Shown in pieces: positions 11,913 through 25,032 of a stretch of DNA of 64,000 nt. The notes beneath the pieces were generated by a model. That model was not told where the DNA came from. It was given only the letters and a program-made list of their open reading frames with translations, and did not search any database. Origin of the DNA: Squalus acanthias (lineage: Eukaryota); the NCBI GenBank assembly GCA_030390025.1, contig CM059432.1, positions 85,252,001-85,316,000 of the forward strand, written 5' to 3'. Numbering within the stretch: position 1 is the stretch's first letter; every line of letters starts with the position of its first letter. Both the position numbers and the translations under genes were made by a program.

Positions 11913-12025
11913 GTGATTGCACTTCAAAAGTAATTAATTGGCTATAAAGTGCTTTGGGGTGTCCTGAAGACATGATAAAACACAATAGAATTGCAACTTC
12001 CTTCCTTCCTTCTTTCCTTCTTTCT
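11913..12025 (+). mobile_element. DeuSINE 3' fragment
   Basis: gtgattgcacttcaaaagt...attggctataaagtgctttgggg followed by a (ttcc)n tail. Confidence 0.6.
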
Positions 12026-12072
12026 GTCCTTTAAAGGAAAACGCTTTGTATGTGATTAATGACTGTTCACAC

Positions 12073-12570
12073 CAACAACAACAACAACTTGTATTTATAT
12101 AGCGCCTTTAACGTAGTAAACCGTCCCAAGGCGCTGCACAGGAGTATTTTAAGACAAAAGAATTTGACACCGAGCCACAAAAAGATAAATTAGGGCAGGT
12201 GACCAAAAGCTTGGTCAAAGAGGTAGGTTTCAAGGAGTGTCTTAAAGGAGGAAAGAGAGGTGGCGAGGTGGAGAGATTTAGGCAGGGAATTCCAGAGCTT
12301 AGGGCCTAGGCAACAGAAGGCACGGCCACCAAAGGTTGAGCGATTATAATCAGGGATGCTCAAGAGGGCAGAATTAGAGGAGCGCAGATATCTCGGGGAG
12401 TTGGGGGGCTGAAGGAGATTACAGAGATAGGAAGGGGCGAGGCCATGGAGGGATTTGAAAACAAGGATGAGAATTTTGAAATCGAGGCGCTGCTTAACTG
12501 GGAGCCAATGTAGGTAAGCGAGCACAGGGAGATGGGTGAACAGGACTTGATGCGAGTTAGGACACTGGCA
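12073..12570 (-). mobile_element. L2 LINE 3' fragment
   Basis: LHWLPVKQRLDFKILILVFKSLHGLAPSYL...GGRAF...LWNSLP, with a (caa)n tail. Confidence 0.9.
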
Positions 12571-13555
12571 TACTGTAAACGTTTTAAAATATTCTGCATC
12601 GTTTCATAATTATTTGAGAAACAGACAGACTTGGGATGGTAACATATGAAATTAAATCCAGCATTTTGAGCAAATATTTTTATTTCTATGAAATAAAATA
12701 TCTGAATTTCAGATCCTTTTTTGTGGTAATACTGGGTTCTAATGCTAATTTTGTGGTTTAATGATGTTGGGTGGTGCATTATCCCTTCTCCTCAACCTCT
12801 CTGCAACCTTTGACAGGTTCGACCACACCATCCTTCCCCAATGTCTTTTCTCTGCTGTCCAGTTCAGTAGGATTGCCCTCGCTTGATTCTACTGTGAGCC
12901 ACAATTTTCTCCAGTTACATAGAATTACATAGAATATACAGCACAGAAACAGACCATTCGGCCTAAACAGTCCATGCTGGCATTTATGGCATTTATGCTC
13001 CACTCGAGCCTCCTCCCATCCTTCCTCATCAAACTATATCTGCATTACCCTCTAGTCCTTTCTCCCTCATATGCATATCTAGCTTCCCCTAAAATGCATC
13101 TGTACTATTCGCCTCAACCACTCCCTGTGGTAGCGAGTTCCACATTCTCACCACTTTCTTTGTAAAGACGTTTCTTCTGAATTCCTTATTTGATTTCTTG
13201 ATGTCTGTCTTATATTGATGGCCTCTAGTTTTGCTCTTCCCCACAAGTGGAAACACTCTCTCTGTCTACTCTATCAAAACCTTTCATAATTTTAAAGACC
13301 TCTATTAGGTCACCCCTTAGCCTTCTCTTTTCAAGAGAAAACAGACCCAGCCTGTTCATCTTTTCCTGATAGGTATAACCTCACATTTCTAGTATCATCC
13401 TTGTAAATCTTTTTTGCACCTTCTCCACAAAATTAGCATTAGAACCCAGTATTACCACCGCCTCTATATCCTTAAATCCTTTTCATAATATGGTGACCAG
13501 AACTGCGCACAGTACTCCAAGTGTGGTCTAACCAAGGTTCGATATAAGTTTAGCA

Positions 13556-15315
13556 GGTCTGTGGCAGGCGACATCGGTGGCAGGTCCCGACCCTGTTGCT
13601 GTCTCCAGCCCACTGCTCAAAATTATTTTCCCCTGATTGGGCTTGTTAAGCCCGCCCAGCGTGTTTGCCGGCCAATTGAAGGAAGCGAGTCTGATGACAT
13701 CATTTGATGACGCGTCATCAGCCGGTTTCCTTAAAGGGACCATGCGCAAATTGATTTTGACAGTTGTGCTGTCAGTGTTCTACAGCATTGAGGTGCTGCT
13801 AACATTGACAAGCACTGCGCAGAGGTGCACGGCTGCACCCAGGTTCTCCCATGATTCCCTCCATATGCTTATGGAGGGAGTCACAGGACGCAGGGAGGTT
13901 CTCTTCCCTTCCAATGGGCGGAAGAGACCTCCCCAGGAGACCAACGCAGCCTGGTTGCACATTGCACAGAAGGGCACAAGCAGGGATGTCATCAGGAGGA
14001 CCAGGCTGCAGTGGCGCAAACCCTTCAATTATCTCAGTAGATCACGAAACATTAGTACAAAGCCACACTCAACCTCATCCTGCTGTGCCACTCATCACAT
14101 CCCCATCACTCTGCCTTCCCTACCCTACCCCTGCACATCCTTACTCACACCAACTTACCTGGCACCTTCACCCATCCCTCTCTATCTACATTATCACTTC
14201 CCCATCTCACTAGCCACCCCTCATACTCACCCTCATCCTGGTGCAATCATACCAACTAACAACACACAAGGGTAGGCACTTGTGTGTTTTAGCCAATGTT
14301 CATGTGAAGTTTCTGTTAATGTGGTGTCAAACATTGAACTCTTTATTTTCAACACTTTGCGTTCTTGAATAAATTTGTGTGAACCTTTGGAAGTGGCTTA
14401 GTGAGTTGCAGTGAATGGTGAGACATAACGGTACCCCCCGCAATGGCGATGAGTGTGAAAGGAATAGCTTGGGCATTGTAGGGATGCTTTATGGTGTTGG
14501 TGTGGGGTGGTGACAACCTGGCACATCATGTGGCAGCCAGGGTGTACAGTGTCAAGTGAAGTAAATCTGGCCATGGTGAGGCCATCCCTGGTGTCCCGGA
14601 CAGCAGTGTGGTTGGGTGCTGATGCCCTGTGTCCTGTGCAGCATCAGTTAATTGCGTGGAAGGTTGGTGTTGTTGTTGGTGCTGCTGGTGTGCCTAGTGC
14701 TGCTGGTGCTGGAGCTGATCGTGGTGGGATTCTGAGGACGAAGGTGAGATAGTTTCAAGGGCACCGATGCTGATGGAATAGATGGCAGGTGAACTTGAGA
14801 TGACAGAAGCGATCTGTCAATGGTGAGAGAGGTTGTTCCAATGAGGAGACACTGGATACAGAGTTTACTCTAAACACTTGCAACCTGCATAGAGCTCAAT
14901 CTGTCTTCCAAATGCAGTAAGCAACAGCTTCTGAGCTTGGAAAGTGAGCAGCTGTGAGATGGGAGCTTTTATAGCACATTTGCAGCAGTCAAGTAATGAG
15001 ATGATTCCATGGTCATACAACTCCTGAGCTGCTTACCTGATGTGATCCCCCAGCAGCGTGGACCCCGTTGGCGACCTCGTAAAATGTAAAGGTGAGCTCA
15101 ATATACTTCTTAATGGGCTGTTAACAAGGTCATAATGACCTGAATTGCCTCCCCCGCCTCTGTGTGTTGGGTCTGTTCAGTGTTGACAGACCCGACATCT
15201 GGGAAAGGCGCGTGGTGGCATGTTGACAGCAGGGTCCCGACCTGCTGTCAAAAATAATTTTTTTCCACCCGACCCGCCACCGAATGCGCCTGCTGACCCC
15301 CTGAAAAATTCCCCC
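13556..15315 (+). mobile_element. Non-autonomous Harbinger family C, copy 1 (Myb/SANT exon retained; left TIR lost)
   Basis: AAPRFSHDSLHMLMEGV...AAWLHIAQ...RTRLQWRKPFN, with right end gaaaaattccccc. Collinear with 62879-64000. Confidence 0.85.
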
Positions 15316-15991
15316 CAACTTCTTTACTTATCAATTCTATCCCTTTAGAAATAAACGCCAGTGCTTGGTTTGCTTTTGTTACAGCCTTAATGAACTGTGT
15401 CACAACTTTAAGCGATTTGTGTATTTATACTCCCAGATCCCTTTGCTCCTCTACCCCATTTAGATTCTTATTTTCTAAGTACTATGTGACCTCCTTATTT
15501 TTCTTCCCAAAATGTAATACCTCACACTTATCTGTGTTGAAATTCAATTGCCAATTATATTCCCATTCTTCAAGTTTATTAATGTCTTGTAATTTGTCCT
15601 CCTCAGTGTTGACTATCTCTTTCAATTTGATGTCGTCCGCAAAGTTAAAAATTGTGTTTTTGATTCCAAAGTCTAAATTGTTAATATAAATTGTGAACAA
15701 CAGTGGTCCCAGCACTGATCCTTGTGGGACCCCACTTCCCACCTTCTACTACTCTGTTTGGCTGCCCTTTACCCCATTCTCTTCTTTCTGTCTTGCAGCC
15801 AGCTAGCTATCCATTCTGCTAATTGTCCCCTGACTCTGCATGCTCTGACCCTATTCGTTAGTCTATTATGTGGTACCTTATCAAAGGACTTAAGGAAATC
15901 TAGATATGTTACATCTATTACATTACCCTTGTCTACTCTCTTTATTACCTCTTCAAAGAATTCAGTGAGGTTGGTCAAGCAAGACCTTCCC

Positions 15992-17227
15992 TGTCTACAG
16001 CCTTTGACACGGTTGAACACAAAATTCTGCTCCAATGCCTCTTCACCGTCGTCTATCTGGATGGGACTGTACTCGCCTGGTTTCATTCCTATCTTTACAG
16101 CCGTAACCATAGAATCACCTGCAATGGCTTCTCTTCCCGATCCGTCACTGTCAGCTCTGGTGTCCCCCAAGGATTTATCCTTGGCCCCCTCCTATTTCTC
16201 ATCTACATGCTGCCCCTTGGTGACATTGTCCGGCAATACAACGTGAGTTTTCACATGTATGCTGATGATACCCAGCTCTACCTCTCCTCCACCTCTCTTG
16301 AACTCTCCACTATCTCTATACTATCAGACTGCATGTCTGACATCCAGCACTGGATGAGTAAAAATGTCCTCCAAGTAAATATCGGGAAGACCAAAGCCAT
16401 TGTCTTCGGTTCATGCCACAAACTCCATTCCCTTTCCACTGATTCGATCTCTCTCCTTGGCAACTGTCTAAGGCTGACCAAGTCTGTTCGCAACCTTGGT
16501 GTCATATTTGATCACGAATTGAGCTTCCAATCTCATATCCGTTCTATCACGAAGATCGCCCATTTCCACCTGCGTAGTATCGCCTGTCTCTGCCCTTACC
16601 TCAACTTATCTGTTGCCAAAACCCTCATCCATGCATTTATCACCTCTAGACTTGACTATTCCAACGCACTCCTGGCCGGCCTCCCTAGTTCTACCCTCCA
16701 TAGACTTGAGGTCATCCAAAACTCTGCCGCCCGTGTGCTAACTCGCACCAGTTCCCGCTTACACATCTCCCCTGTGCTTGCTGACCTACATTGACTCCCA
16801 ATTAAGCAACGTCTCGATTTTAAAATTCTCATCCTTGTTTTCAAATCCCTCCATGGTCTCGCCCCTCCTTATCTCTGTAATCTCCTCCAGCCCTATAATC
16901 CCCCTAGACCTCTGTGCTCCGCCTATTCTGGCCTTTTGAACATCTGTAATTTTAAGTGCTCCACCATTGGTAGTCGTGCCTTCAGCTGCCCAGGTCCTAA
17001 GCGCTGGAATCCCCTCCCTAAATCTCTCTGCCTCTCCACTTCTCTTTCCTCCTTTAAGATGCTCCTTAAAATCTACCTCTTTAACCAAGCTTTTGGTCAT
17101 CTGCCCTAACATCCCCTTATATGGCTCGGTGTCAATTTTTTTTTTGTTGATAACACTCATATGAAGCGCCTTGGGACGTTTTATTACGTTAAAGGCACTA
17201 TATAAATATAAGTTGTTGCTGTTGTTG
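15992..17227 (+). mobile_element. L2 LINE, RT to 3' end, inserted in CR1
   Basis: AFDTVEH, GVPQG, FHMYADDTQLY and SRLDYSNALLAGLP, with tail tataaatataagttgttgctgttgttg. Confidence 0.92.
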
Positions 17228-17454
17228 ACATCCATGTTGACTATTCATTATTACATTTTTGGTTTCTAGATTTTTTCTATTTTCTCCTTTAGTAGGGATT
17301 CCATTACTTTTCCTACTACCAAAGATAGCTGACTAGGCTATAGGTCCCTGGACATGTTCTATCGCCCTTCTTAAATATAGGTATAACGTTAGCTATCCGC
17401 TAGTGCTCTGGCACTACACCTTTTTCTAATGAATTATTAAATATGTGTAATAGT

Positions 17455-18260
17455 CCAATAAACATTGGGAAGACTGAAGCTATCGCTTTTGGCCCCCGCC
17501 ATAAACTCCATACCCTCATCACTGATTCCATCCTCTCCCTGGTCATTGTCACAGCCTGAATCAGACTGTTTGCAATCTCGGCATCCTATTCAACATTTGA
17601 CTTAGCTTCTTTCTGACCCCCGATATCCTCCATCACAGACTCCCCTTAGTTCCACCTCCATAACATTGGCTGCCTCTTCCTCTGCTGCTGAAACGCTCAT
17701 CCATGCCTTTGTCACCTCCAGACTCGACTATTCTAATGCTTGCCAGCCTCTCATCCTCCACCCTCCGTAAACTTCAGCTGGTCCAAAACTCTACCGCCTG
17801 TTTCCTTTCCCTCTCACCTATCATCTGTGTTCTTGCTACATTAACTCCTGGTCCTCTAACATCTCCAATATAAAATTCTCATCCTTGTGGCCAAATCCCT
17901 TCATGGACTCACAGATGCCGATCTCTGTAACCTCCTCCAGTCCTACAACCCACCCCCCCCCAAACTCTCCATTCTTCTAACTCTGGCTTTCTGTATAACC
18001 CCGCCTCCCTTCGCCCCACCATTGGCGGCCATGCCTTCAGCCATCTAGATCCCACATTCTGGAATTCCTTCCCTAAACCCACTTCCCTATGTATTAAGAC
18101 TCTCCTTAAAACCCACCACTTTGACTAAGCTTTTGGTCATCCCTCCTAATTGCTCCTTTTTTGACCCAGCATTCATTGTTGCCTTATTACACCTCTGTGA
18201 AACACCTTGGGATGTTATTCTATGTTAAATGCGCTATATGAATGCAAGTTTTTGATGTTG
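17455..18260 (+). mobile_element. Older L2 LINE 3' fragment
   Basis: Collinear, decayed homologue of about 16370-17227, ending gcgctatatgaatgcaag. Confidence 0.8.
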
Positions 18261-18379
18261 ATTAGTCCTCTGTCTCTCGAAAGTGAGTGAAGATAAAATA
18301 ATATTTTTGTAGTGTAGCAAGTGCTATGAATGATGACCTTTGTTATATTGTTGGATTTTTTTCAACAGTCATAAAAATA

Positions 18380-19276
18380 GGGGGTAAAATTCAGTTGGTT
18401 GCGCCTCCCATTAGCGCCTTAAGAGGCCGCTAATGGGGCGCAAAGCAACTAGCGCCTGGGCGCAGCGATGTTTGCGCCACTCGCAAAATTAACTAGACAT
18501 TTTGCGGCGGCGCTAAACACTACCGCCACGATCTCCTGCGCCGGCAGATCGTGACGTCATTCGAGTGCGCAACGCCCCGGTAGCGCCCCGGAGTGGATAT
18601 TGAGTGGCGCCCCTTGCCTTACCGCCTGCCGCTAGCAACGACAGGTTGAGGGGAGCGTTTTGCAGTCAGGAAGGGACTGGGGGAGCGCTATTTAAAGGCG
18701 ACCGCTTCCTGCCTTTTTTTGTTGGTGACATTTTTGAAAAACGCATTCTGAGAGAGAGAGAGAGAGAGGGACTTATGGAGAGATTTAACGCTGTGTGAAG
18801 GAGTTTTGGGTACTGAGCAGCACTTTGCAGGTTCATTTTGATTTGCCCTTCCTTGTATCGATTTAGAAGAGACTGTGGGGGTTGCACTCTGAGCTCTTTC
18901 CCTGGTTGTCTCTATTGTTCTTTCCAGCAGATTTGATGTACAGGTCTCTCCAGGCTGAGATTCAAGGCTGCAATGAGCAGGATGTGGATGGAAAGCAAGA
19001 TCAACCCTCCCCTTTAAGAACTGGCCAGCGCCATTGTGTCTGTGTTCCATTGCTGACTGACATCACACGAGCTTCGCCAGCGCTCTGAGTTAGCGCCTCG
19101 CTCCTCGGCCTTTGCGCCTTAAGACAGATGTGTAGCGCCTGATTTAGCGCTCCAATCAGCTCCAGGGGCGATAAAAGTCAAGTTTGCAGTCAGAGGCGAT
19201 AATTAGCGCCAGGCGCTAATCTTTGCGCCTGGCCGATAATTGCACCCCAAACGGGGCGATACTGAATTTTTCCCCC
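18380..19276 (-). mobile_element. MITE family B, copy 2
   Basis: TIRs gggggtaaaattcagt / actgaatttttccccc with TSD ata. It is the reverse-complement homologue of 1833-2724. Confidence 0.92.
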
Positions 19277-20029
19277 ATAGTGTTTAAATCTCAGCTGCTG
19301 GTGCCTCATTACTCCTGATTGTGGCAAGATCCAATCAAGGCAATTCCTCATGACGGAGTAGCGTTGTATTGGTACTAATGTAACACAGGAGCTGATACAA
19401 TACCCCAGAATCCATTCAGCATCCTTATAATTATTTACTTCTACCAGTAGATGCAAGTCTGCATCTTTGGGTGAACATAAGTGTACGGGTAAATACATCA
19501 TGGTGCTGCAGCTTGCCACAAAGCTTGGAACACTAATGCACCAGAATTCATAGTCAGTATAACTTGACCTGCACAGCTGATAGACCTTGAAGAATCCTGA
19601 TATGAGGAAATGTGTCTCACTTGACAACCAGGTATAGCAGCATAATATTCTAATCAGATATCAACATTAGACAGGCTCTTGCCAGCTGTGTTCGTACCTT
19701 GGTTGCAGGATAGCAAAGGCATTACACGATCATTGCTCGTTATTTTAAAATAGAAATTCTTAAAAAAAATTTGCTCCAGACAACATTATTGCTTCACTGG
19801 GGTCATTAAAAAAAATAGAACTTATTGGTAAACCTAATGAAAAGGAATCATGCTACAGCATGCTCTGTTTGCATGAATGGATAATAACAAGAATGTGCTA
19901 CACTCGTCACTCATTAGTACAGCTGATATATCCACTGATATTTAATTTGTAGAATTACTGTCAATTTGTAGCATTGTATAGTACCGTTTAGTGGTTACAT
20001 CAAACCAACACAAGCACACAAAAGGCATC

Positions 20030-22170
20030 AGATCTAACAGCTCAAAACTGGGCATCCATGAGGCGCTGTGGGCCATCAGCAGCAGCAGAATTGTATTCCA
20101 CCACAATCTGTAACCTCATGGCTCGGCATGTCCCTCACTCTACCATTACCATCAAGCCAGGGGACCAACCCTGGTTCAATAAGGAGCGTAGAAGAGCATG
20201 CCAGGAGCAGCACCAGGTGTACCTAAAAATGAGGTGCCAACCTGGGGAAGCTGCAACACAGGACTACATGCATGCTAAAAAGCAGAAGCAGCATGCTATA
20301 GACAGGGCTAAGCGATCCCACAATCAATGGATCAGATCAAAGCTCACCAGTCCTGCCACATCCAGTCGTGAATGGTGGTGGACCATTAAACAACTAACGG
20401 GAGGAGGAGGCTCCATGAATATCCCCATCCTCAATGACGGTGGAGCCCAGCACGTGAGTGCAAAAGACAAGGCTAAAGCGTTTGCAACCATCTTCAGCTA
20501 GAAGTGCCGAGTGGATGATCCATATCGGCATACTCCTGAGGTCCCCACCATCACAGAAGCCAGTCTTCAGCCAATTCGATTTACTCCACGTGATATCAAG
20601 AAACGGCTGAGCGCACTGCATACAGCAAAGGCTATGGGCCCCGACAACATCCCGGCTATCGTGCTGAAGACTTGTGCTCCAGAACTAGCCATGCCTCTAG
20701 CCAAGCTGTTCCAGTACAGCTACAACACTGGCATCTATCCGACAATGTGGAAAACTGCCCAGTTATGTCCTGTCCATAAAATGCAGGCCAAATCCAACCC
20801 GGCCAATTACCGCCCCATCAGTTGACTCTCAATCATCAGCAAAGTGATGGAAGGTGTCATCGACAGTGCTATCAAGCGGCACTTACTCACCAATAACCTG
20901 CTCACTGATGCCCAGTTTGGGTTCCGCCAGGACCACTCAGCTCCCGACCTCATTACAGCCTTGGTCCAAACATGGACAAAGGAACTGAATTCCAGAGGTG
21001 AGGGGAGAGTGACTGCCCTTGACATCAAGGCAGCATTTGACTGAGTGTGGCATCAAGGAGCCCTAGTAAAACTGAAGTCAATGGGAATCTGGGGGAAAAT
21101 ACTCCACTGGCTGGAGTCATACCTAGCACAAAGGATGATGGTTGTGGTGGTTGAAGGTCAATCATCACAGCCCCAGGACATCGCTACAGGAGTTTCTCAG
21201 GGCAGTGTCCTAGGCCCAACCATCATCAGCTGCTTCATCAATGACCTTCCCTCCAACATAAGGTCAGAAATGCGGATGTTCGTTGATGACTGCACAGTGT
21301 TCAGCGCCATTCACAACTCCTCAGATAATGAAGCAGTCCATGCCCGCATGCAACAAGACCTGGTCGATGTTCAGGCTTGGGCTGATAAGTGGCAGGTAAC
21401 ATTCACGCCACACAAGTGCCAGGCAATGACTATCTCCAACAAGTGAGAGTCTAACCACCTCCCCTTGACATTCAATGGCATTACCATCGCCGAATCCCCC
21501 ACCATCAACATCCTGGGGGTCACCATTGACCAGAATCTTAACTGGACCTGCCACATAAATACTGTGGCAATAAGAGCAGGTCAGAGGCTACGTATTCTGC
21601 GGCGAGTGTCTCACCTCCTGACTCCCCAAAGCCTTTCCACCATCTACAAGGCACAAGTCAGAAGTGTGATGGAATACTCTCCACTTGCCTGGATGAATGC
21701 AGCTCCAACAACACTCAAGAAGCTCGACACCATCCAGGACAAAGCAGCCCACTTGATTGGCACCCCATCCACCACCTTAAACATTCACTCCCTCCACCAC
21801 CGGCGTACCGTGGCTGCAGTGTGTACCATCTACAAGATGCACTGCAGCAACTCACCAAGGCTTCTTCGGCAACACCTCCCAAACCCGCGACCTCTTCCAC
21901 CTAGAAGGACAAGGGCAGCAGGTGCATGGGAACACCACCACCTCCAAGTTCCCCTCCAAGTTGCACACCATCCTGACTTAGAAGTATATCACCGATCCTT
22001 CATCGTCGCTGGGTCAAAATCCTGGAACTCCCTACCTAACAGCACTGTGGGAGTACCTTCACCACACAGACTGCAACGGTTCAAGAAGGCAGCTCACCAC
22101 CACCTTCTCGAGGGCAATTAGGGATGGGCAATAAATGCTGGCCTTGCCAGCAACGCCCACATCCCATAAC
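20030..22170 (+). mobile_element. 5'-truncated non-LTR retrotransposon of the CR1 group, distinct from the HER1-type CR1s
   Basis: ORF2 pieces QPWFN, KAMGPDNIP, NYRPIS, QFGFR, DIKAAFD, QGSVLGP, FVDD and YKAQVRSVMEY. The 3' end is gggcaataaatgctggccttgccagcaacgcccacatccca. Confidence 0.9.
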
Positions 22171-22776
22171 CTAATCAAACAAAAACAACTGTTACCTTAA
22201 AATGCAGCAATCCCAACTGTATTTCCCACCATATCACATTGACATGATCACAACCACTGGGTATGTGCAACTAAAATCATCCTAAAATCAATTGGGAATT
22301 GCATTACAGATTCTGATGTTTCAGATTTGTTATTATTATTTCCATAGAGCCTTTTTCAATCACAAAGGTAAAAGAGCAACAACATTGGTATTTGACAAGC
22401 TAGACAGGTCCCTTCAGGCGTTGTATGTCGAAACTAGTTTTGCACTTTAGTGCATGGAGACTTCTCTGTACTGCAAAATCCTTGTTACTTACAAACCTTA
22501 TCCTGAGTAGAATTTGATTAGTGTCATCCTGACACAGTTGCAATTTCAAATTAGATGTTGCTTGTTGGCAGCATAGGGGAAACAAATCTCATTTGAAACA
22601 CCTGTCAGCTGTCCAAGTTGTGAGCGTTCTGCATTTAAATTATTATAATAATGAATTCATTCCAAGAACAATAGATTAAATCTGTGGTGTCTCGTTTTTG
22701 TTAGAGATAATATCATTTTGAAATGTAGAAATTATTTTTTCATCAACCCCATTCTGAAGCTCAGTTGAAAAACATT

Positions 22777-23480
22777 GGCCCAGACTTTGCTGGAGTGGGC
22801 ATCTCCAACACGCACCATTCGTTAGACTTTTTCCCTCACCCTACAGCTCGAAAAAGTTTTGCGCTGCAAATTGCTGGAAGTGCGAGCTGATAACGGCCCG
22901 TGAGGTAAACGGGATATCTGGGACCTTGGTGAATGACGGGACCAAAAGTCTATCTCTTCAACCAATGAGATTTAAGGATTGAGAAAGAAACAGAGGGACA
23001 ACTGAGAAGGAAATAGGGTAAATTAGAGACAAATCAGGTACAGAAAGATAAATAAAGCGAGAAAGAAAGACTGGATTAAGAGATCGAGAAAAAGAGGCCA
23101 AAAGGAAAAGTAAAAAAAATTACATTTAAAATTTTAAAAATCTCTAAGAACAATTTACTACCTACAGAAATGAGACTCCGCACTTTCAATTATACCCTTT
23201 CTGGGCCAGAGACGTTGAGTGGCATTGCAGGAACATAAATCTCATCATTAAAGAGTACTTACGCTGTTGAAGTAAGAGCCGTAACTTTTTGCGACAGGTT
23301 TAATTGGTAATTAATGCACAAATGCAGCAATTACTTGAAACTCACGGAGAAGCTGACAGCGAGCTGTCGTTATCGCAAGGCAAATGGCAGAGCGGTGCAA
23401 ATTGTCCAGCAATTTCTGGTGATTTCTTAACTCATGGGGTTATCTTTTCATCCCCACAAATTTCTGGATGATTTACACAT
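22777..23480. mobile_element. Probable decayed MITE/Harbinger derivative
   Basis: Starts att|ggcccagactttg, resembling the family A TIR, and is CpG-richer than its flanks. The right end is unclear. Confidence 0.4.
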
Positions 23481-24066
23481 TAATAATACCTAGTTTTCTA
23501 GATGAATGTTATATTCCTTAAGTCTTTGTTTCTGGTTATTCTTTAAATATTTTGCCAGATTGCCACTATCCTTTTTCCTATTATCAGCTGCCCGTAAAAC
23601 ACAGCTTTGGGAAGCTGTTTGTGTCTGACATTGGGAAAGCATGCGCTACCAGACCGTGTTTAAAAATATGACTGCAGCACTTTGATGTTCATCACTTTCT
23701 CTTGTTACTTAATTTCCATGAGATTGTACATGCCTTTGGTGAAATGTTTCTCACTGCTGCATGTGCTGACAATGAAGTGACCCCCTAGTTTTGATTTTAG
23801 CTTCAGTCTGTGTTGGTTACAAGCAGCCATATGCTGCATTGGCCTTTTTGATGCAGTATTTGTTTCCTGGTCAAACTATGTATCGGGACTGAGTACACTT
23901 CCCAGGTACATTAAATAATCCACTGAATTTAGCTTTGTGTCCCCAGCAGGATCTTTGGTTTATTCTAAGATTAACTAATACAATCTGGTGCACTGCTTCA
24001 GCCTTTAAGTTATGTTCAACCCATAATTCAAGGCCAACCTAGCAAACCAATCAATAATATACTATA

Positions 24067-24686
24067 CAAAAGCAAAATACTGCGGATGCTGGAAATCTGA
24101 AATAGAAACAGAAAATGCTGGAAATACTCAGCAGGTCAGGCAGCATCTGTGGAGAGAGAAACAGAGTTAACGTTTCAGGGTGATGACCTTTTTTCAGAAC
24201 TGGAAAAAGTTAGAGATGTAGCAGGTTTTAAGCAAGTGCAGGGGCGGAGAAAGGGGGGAGGGGAGAAAAGAACAAAACAGAAGGTCTGTGATAGGGTGGA
24301 AGGCAGGAAAGATTAAATGACAAAAGGGATGATTGTACAAAGCAAAAGGAGATGGTAATGGGACAAGAAAAGAAACAAAAGATGAGTCTAGAAGAGGTGT
24401 AAATAGGAATGGCAGAAACATCTGCCATGTGAAAAAATAGGGGCAGAGGTTATGATCTGAAATGGCCTTGGCAGCTGAAGGCACAACCACCAACTCGACG
24501 TTGAGTCCAGAAGGCAGTAAATTGCCTAATCGAAAGATGAGGTGCTGTTCCTCAAGCTTATGTCGAGCTTCGTTGGATCAGTGTAAGAGGCCGAGGACAG
24601 AGAGGTCAGAGTGGGAGTGGAGCGGAGAATTAAAGTGACAGGCGACCAGAAGCTCAGGGTCACGCTTACTGTAGGTCCGCTTCAGA
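24067..24686 (-). mobile_element. Penelope-like element 3' fragment (pLTR plus end of the GIY-YIG region)
   Basis: Reverse complement of the 3' part of 56700-59302. The hammerhead core is decayed (CUGAAAA). Confidence 0.85.
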
Positions 24687-24699
24687 ATGGATGAGTACA

Positions 24700-25032
24700 G
24701 CACGTAGTAAAACGTCCCAAGGCGCTTCACAGGAACGTTATCAAACAAAATTTGACACTGAGCCACATAAGGAGAAATTAGGGCAGATGGGTCAAGGAGG
24801 TAGGTTTTAATGAGTGTCATAAAGGATGATAGAGAGGTAAACAGGTGGAGAGGTTGTGGGAGGGAATTCCAGACCTTAGGGCCTTGGCAGCTGAAGGCAC
24901 GACCACCAATGGTTGAGTGATTAAAATCGGGGATACTTAAGAGGCCAGAATTAGAGGAGCGCAGATATCTCGGGGGGGTTGTGGGGCTGGAGGAGATTAC
25001 AGAGATAGGAGAGATGAGGCCATGGAGGGATT
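24700..25032 (-). mobile_element. L2 LINE 3' fragment
   Basis: Collinear with 12110-12455. Confidence 0.85.

Larger units (their letters stand above)
12918..17452 (-). mobile_element. CR1 LINE, 5'-truncated, interrupted by Harbinger family C and an L2
   Basis: The 3' tail is at 12918. RT motifs [22 protein letters not shown] and GRSCLTNL are present. CR1 sequence resumes at 15317 and 17227. Confidence 0.85.
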
